Virus record (IMG/VR): IMGVR_UViG_3300010362_000089
Location: 1-27,008 of that record
DNA: 27,008 bases
DNA from: a virus
Lineage: Duplodnaviria > Caudoviricetes
Direction: 5' to 3' (one strand)
The notes beneath the pieces are model-generated. The model did not search any database. It was not told where the DNA came from and saw only the letters and a program-made list of their open reading frames with translations. The position numbers and the translations under genes were made by a program. Within the stretch, counting starts at the first letter, position 1; every line of letters starts with the position of its first letter. Positions 24,550 to 27,008 of this stretch are shown in pieces.

Positions 24550-25314
24550 TCACCTCACCATCATGTGCGCGAACGAAGGGCTGAACATCAGCGATTTTCC
24601 GAAGAAAAGATTGCCGGGCCAACCGCTGAGGGCATTCATCATCGGTTGCACCTTCGGCCCGGTGGTAGACGCAGGTATTGTGGCTCCGGTGTTGCTCGAC
24701 ATGTCTTTGGTAACGGTGGTGTCGTTGCGAAAGAAATCGGTGAGATTGAAGCTCGGATCGAGGCCATACAGCGGATAGTAGGCTTGCAGATTAAGAACGT
24801 GGATGCTGGTCGGATTGACGCCCTTCGATAGCGCCACGCACTCGGCATCAGCCAGGGCGACGTTCCATACGGCCGCGTGCGCGAGGTCCGCGTTGATGAA
24901 CGCACCCATCACGCCAGAAGAGTAGTGACCGCCTACCGTCAGAGTATCCATGCCGGTCGGCGCGGAACTGTTGGCGCCCGGCGAGGTTTTCGTGCCATCA
25001 ACAAAGATTGCAAAACTCGAGCCGCTAGTGAACTGACCGGCGATATGATGCCACGCCCCATCGTTTATGCTGCCACCGAAAGCTTGCGGCTGATTCGTGC
25101 CGTCGAAAGTTTGCACACCCGGTTGATTGCCGTTGGGTGCCATGAACATGTCGATCGTTCCGGTACCACGCGCCTGATCCGCGACCGTCATGATAAAGAG
25201 ATTGACCTGCGAACTGGGTATCTTGACCCAGATCGACATCGTGAAGCCAAAGGCGGTGATGATCGAGTTGGTATTGAAAAACCCCATGGCGCTTCCATCG
25301 AACAAAAGCCCCAT
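24550..25314 (-). CDS. LamG / concanavalin A-like lectin domain protein
   Basis: FTMSIWVK, INDGAWHHIAG, IFVDG, LTVGG, ADLAHAAVWNVALADAEC, LQAYYPL. Confidence 0.85.
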   Translation of the reverse strand: MGLLFDGSAMGFFNTNSIITAFGFTMSIWVKIPSSQVNLFIMTVADQARGTGTIDMFMAPNGNQPGVQTFDGTNQPQAFGGSINDGAWHHIAGQFTSGSSFAIFVDGTKTSPGANSSAPTGMDTLTVGGHYSSGVMGAFINADLAHAAVWNVALADAECVALSKGVNPTSIHVLNLQAYYPLYGLDPSFNLTDFFRNDTTVTKDMSSNTGATIPASTTGPKVQPMMNALSGWPGNLFFGKSLMFSPSFAHMMVR

Positions 25315-25323
25315 GTCGCACCG

Positions 25324-25836
25324 TTAGACGTCCGTGTATTGGAAATCGACCTCGAACACGACAACGTCGGCGGCGATCGTATCGGCGGCGGAGTTGTCGT
25401 CACGTTCGAACAAGTACTCCACCATATTTCCAGCCGCGAAGTTCGCCGCCGTTAATGTGATGGTCGATTGCATCAAGCGATGCGCCGCGCCCGGAGCCGC
25501 GAACGTGCCGGTGGTGTTCTGCTGCGTGCCCGCCTGGTCCATGCTGTTCGCGTTGTTGCCCGCGACGCTGCGATACTGATAGCGGAAGCAGGCGTTGCCG
25601 GTCGTCGCGGTGGTCGTCCATTTGATCACAGCGGCTGCGTTGCCAACGTAGTTCTGCGGCACGTTGAAAAAGCCGTAGACGCCGCCGTGCTGAGTGGAAG
25701 CCGGATTCGCGAGGCGCAGCACGAGCCCTTTCCACACGTCGTTGGTCGCGAACACGTCGTACGGCTCGAACCAAGACAGGCCGGAAGAATCCGGCACCAT
25801 GCTCTGGCCGAACATGTTGACTTGGTGCGTGCTCAT
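25324..25836 (-). CDS. Putative virion structural protein, jelly-roll-like (170 aa)
   Basis: FNVPQNYVG...IKWTT...FAAGNMVEYLFERD...DT...DVVVFEVDFQY. Confidence 0.7.
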   Translation of the reverse strand: MSTHQVNMFGQSMVPDSSGLSWFEPYDVFATNDVWKGLVLRLANPASTQHGGVYGFFNVPQNYVGNAAAVIKWTTTATTGNACFRYQYRSVAGNNANSMDQAGTQQNTTGTFAAPGAAHRLMQSTITLTAANFAAGNMVEYLFERDDNSAADTIAADVVVFEVDFQYTDV

Positions 25837-26094
25837 TCACACGACTCCCATGCGCTGCGCCGCCGTGAAGCACCAGCACGCGAAGATCATCTGCTTGGTA
25901 GCGCCGTCGAACACGCCGGGCGCGGCGGTCTCGATGGCGTTCGCGATGGAGGTCTTAGTCGAGGCTTGCTGTATAAAGTCCTCGACCGCCTGGATGGCGG
26001 CGGATGCCTGCGCTTTGTCCCAGGTCTGCGTCGCCGTGTTGGCGGCGAGCTTGCGTTGCAGCTCGACGAGCTGGTGTGAGGTGAGGACAGCCAT
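25837..26094 (-). CDS. Hypothetical helical protein (85 aa)
   Basis: SD AAAGGAGG; stop abuts the next ATG. Confidence 0.75.
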   Translation of the reverse strand: MAVLTSHQLVELQRKLAANTATQTWDKAQASAAIQAVEDFIQQASTKTSIANAIETAAPGVFDGATKQMIFACWCFTAAQRMGVV

Positions 26095-26096
26095 GG

Positions 26097-26534
26097 CTAA
26101 CCTCCTTTACGTCTCATCCAGCCGAGCAAACCGCCGCCGCGCTCTTTGCGCCGCGCTTCCAGCATGCGCCGCTGCACCTCGCGCGCTTCAAGATCGAGGT
26201 CGAAGCCCGCGCGGTAGCTGCGCATGACGGCATCCTCCATCGCTTCGCGCACGGCGAGCGCGCGATGCTTCATCTTCGGATCGAGCGACTTCGTCGCCAC
26301 GCCGACCGCCGCCGCTACACCGCCGGTCGTGCGCTCGGCGAGCCATCGCTTCGAATACTCGCGCAGCCGCCACGGGATCGACCAAGCGCGCATGCGCGCA
26401 AGATGCAACAGCACTAGCATTTCATAATCGGAACTCGGCTGATCCCAACCGGGATGCACGAGCGCCCACAGACGGCGCGCGGCGACAACATCGAGATCGA
26501 TCAAGCAGCGGCGAAATTCGCTGTTGTATCTCAA
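26097..26534 (-). CDS. Hypothetical protein (145 aa)
   Basis: TTG start overlapping the upstream stop; FRRCLIDLDV...LHLAR...YSKRWLAER; its C-terminal half resembles the upstream gene. Confidence 0.75.
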   Translation of the reverse strand: MRYNSEFRRCLIDLDVVAARRLWALVHPGWDQPSSDYEMLVLLHLARMRAWSIPWRLREYSKRWLAERTTGGVAAAVGVATKSLDPKMKHRALAVREAMEDAVMRSYRAGFDLDLEAREVQRRMLEARRKERGGGLLGWMRRKGG

Positions 26535-26815
26535 CCGCCCTTACCGGCAGCGAGTTGCGCGGCGCGCTCGCGTTGTTGCAATTCGCGCTGCACGCGCGCT
26601 TTGGTGATCGCGTCCATGTGTGCGTTGTATTCTTTCGCCAGCGTTGCCCTTGCGGCGTTCATGCGCGCCTGTATCTCAATCGGATCAGTAATGCCGAGCT
26701 GTTGACAGCGCTGCAACGCCGCCTCGACCGCTGCCTTGAGTGAGCGCGCCCACGCCGGATTGCTACGGTATTCCGACGACGCTTGGGCAAAACCGGTGGC
26801 TTCAACAATCGGCAT
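26531..26815 (-). CDS. Hypothetical helical protein (94 aa)
   Basis: ATG 26815, 4 nt after the upstream stop; IVEATG...AAVEAAL...GITDPIEIQARMNAAR. Confidence 0.75.
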   Translation of the reverse strand: MPIVEATGFAQASSEYRSNPAWARSLKAAVEAALQRCQQLGITDPIEIQARMNAARATLAKEYNAHMDAITKARVQRELQQRERAAQLAAGKGG

Positions 26816-26819
26816 GGCA

Positions 26820-27008
26820 TCAATCCAACGTGATCGTACTGGCGGTGGTTAAGCGTGGCGTGATGCCATTGCCGGTCGTGATCGACGGCGACACGCTGCC
26901 AGACCACAAGATCGCGCTGGCACCACCGCCTGATTTGCCGGTAGTGAAGAACGTCACTGTCTCGCCGCCGCCGGTGCCCGCCGGGAAGTCAATATTAGCG
27001 GCAGGCGA
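26820..27008 (-). CDS. 3' end of a virion structural protein (partial), same family as 11907..12305
   Basis: Hand translation: SPAANIDFPAGTGGGETVTFFTTGKSGGGASAILWSGSVSPSITTGNGITPRLTTASTITLD*. Not in the ORF track. Confidence 0.75.
   Translation of the reverse strand, partial: SPAANIDFPAGTGGGETVTFFTTGKSGGGASAILWSGSVSPSITTGNGITPRLTTASTITLD

Larger units (their letters stand above)
1..27008. mobile_element. Tailed phage (siphovirus-like) genome or prophage segment
   Basis: Continuous neck-tail tube-chaperone-tape measure-tail tip-fibre-lysis operon on the - strand and early/accessory genes on the + strand. No host housekeeping genes, tail sheath, integrase or att site are visible. Confidence 0.95.

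Noticed and set aside
22111-24831. 906-aa Pro/Ala/Val-rich + strand ORF
   Set aside because: Antisense shadow of the G/A/S/T repeat gene; those codons give few stops on the opposite strand, it runs against the operon and has no SD.
1-27008. Stop-codon reassignment
   Set aside because: Genes tile densely under the standard code, and TAA, TAG and TGA all occur as coupled terminators.

Overview
The window is a segment of a tailed dsDNA (siphovirus-type) bacteriophage or prophage. The host is probably a soil alphaproteobacterium (Rhizobiales-like); this is an inference from gene families and GC content. Two arms converge at about 6045. The + strand arm (1-6046) is an early/accessory region: putative amidoligase, 77-aa acidic protein, gamma-glutamylcyclotransferase, DUF932, a structured intergenic RNA candidate and promoter, an SNF2 helicase, then small membrane, secreted and Zn-binding ORFs interleaved with strong hairpins. 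The - strand arm (27008 to 6043) is one tightly coupled late operon. It starts with a fibre/appendage cassette (LamG protein, an 885-aa silk-like protein with ~39 x 20-aa repeats, a miniature copy of it, and an adaptor). Neck genes, MuF, tail terminator, tail tube, a tail chaperone with a -1 slippery site, tape measure, tail tip and tail fibre follow. It ends in a lysis cassette with a terminal FecR-domain gene. The best candidates for an undescribed system are the amidoligase/small protein/GGCT writer-eraser module and the head-proximal silk-like fibre cassette. All family calls come from motifs recognised by eye; no database searches were run.
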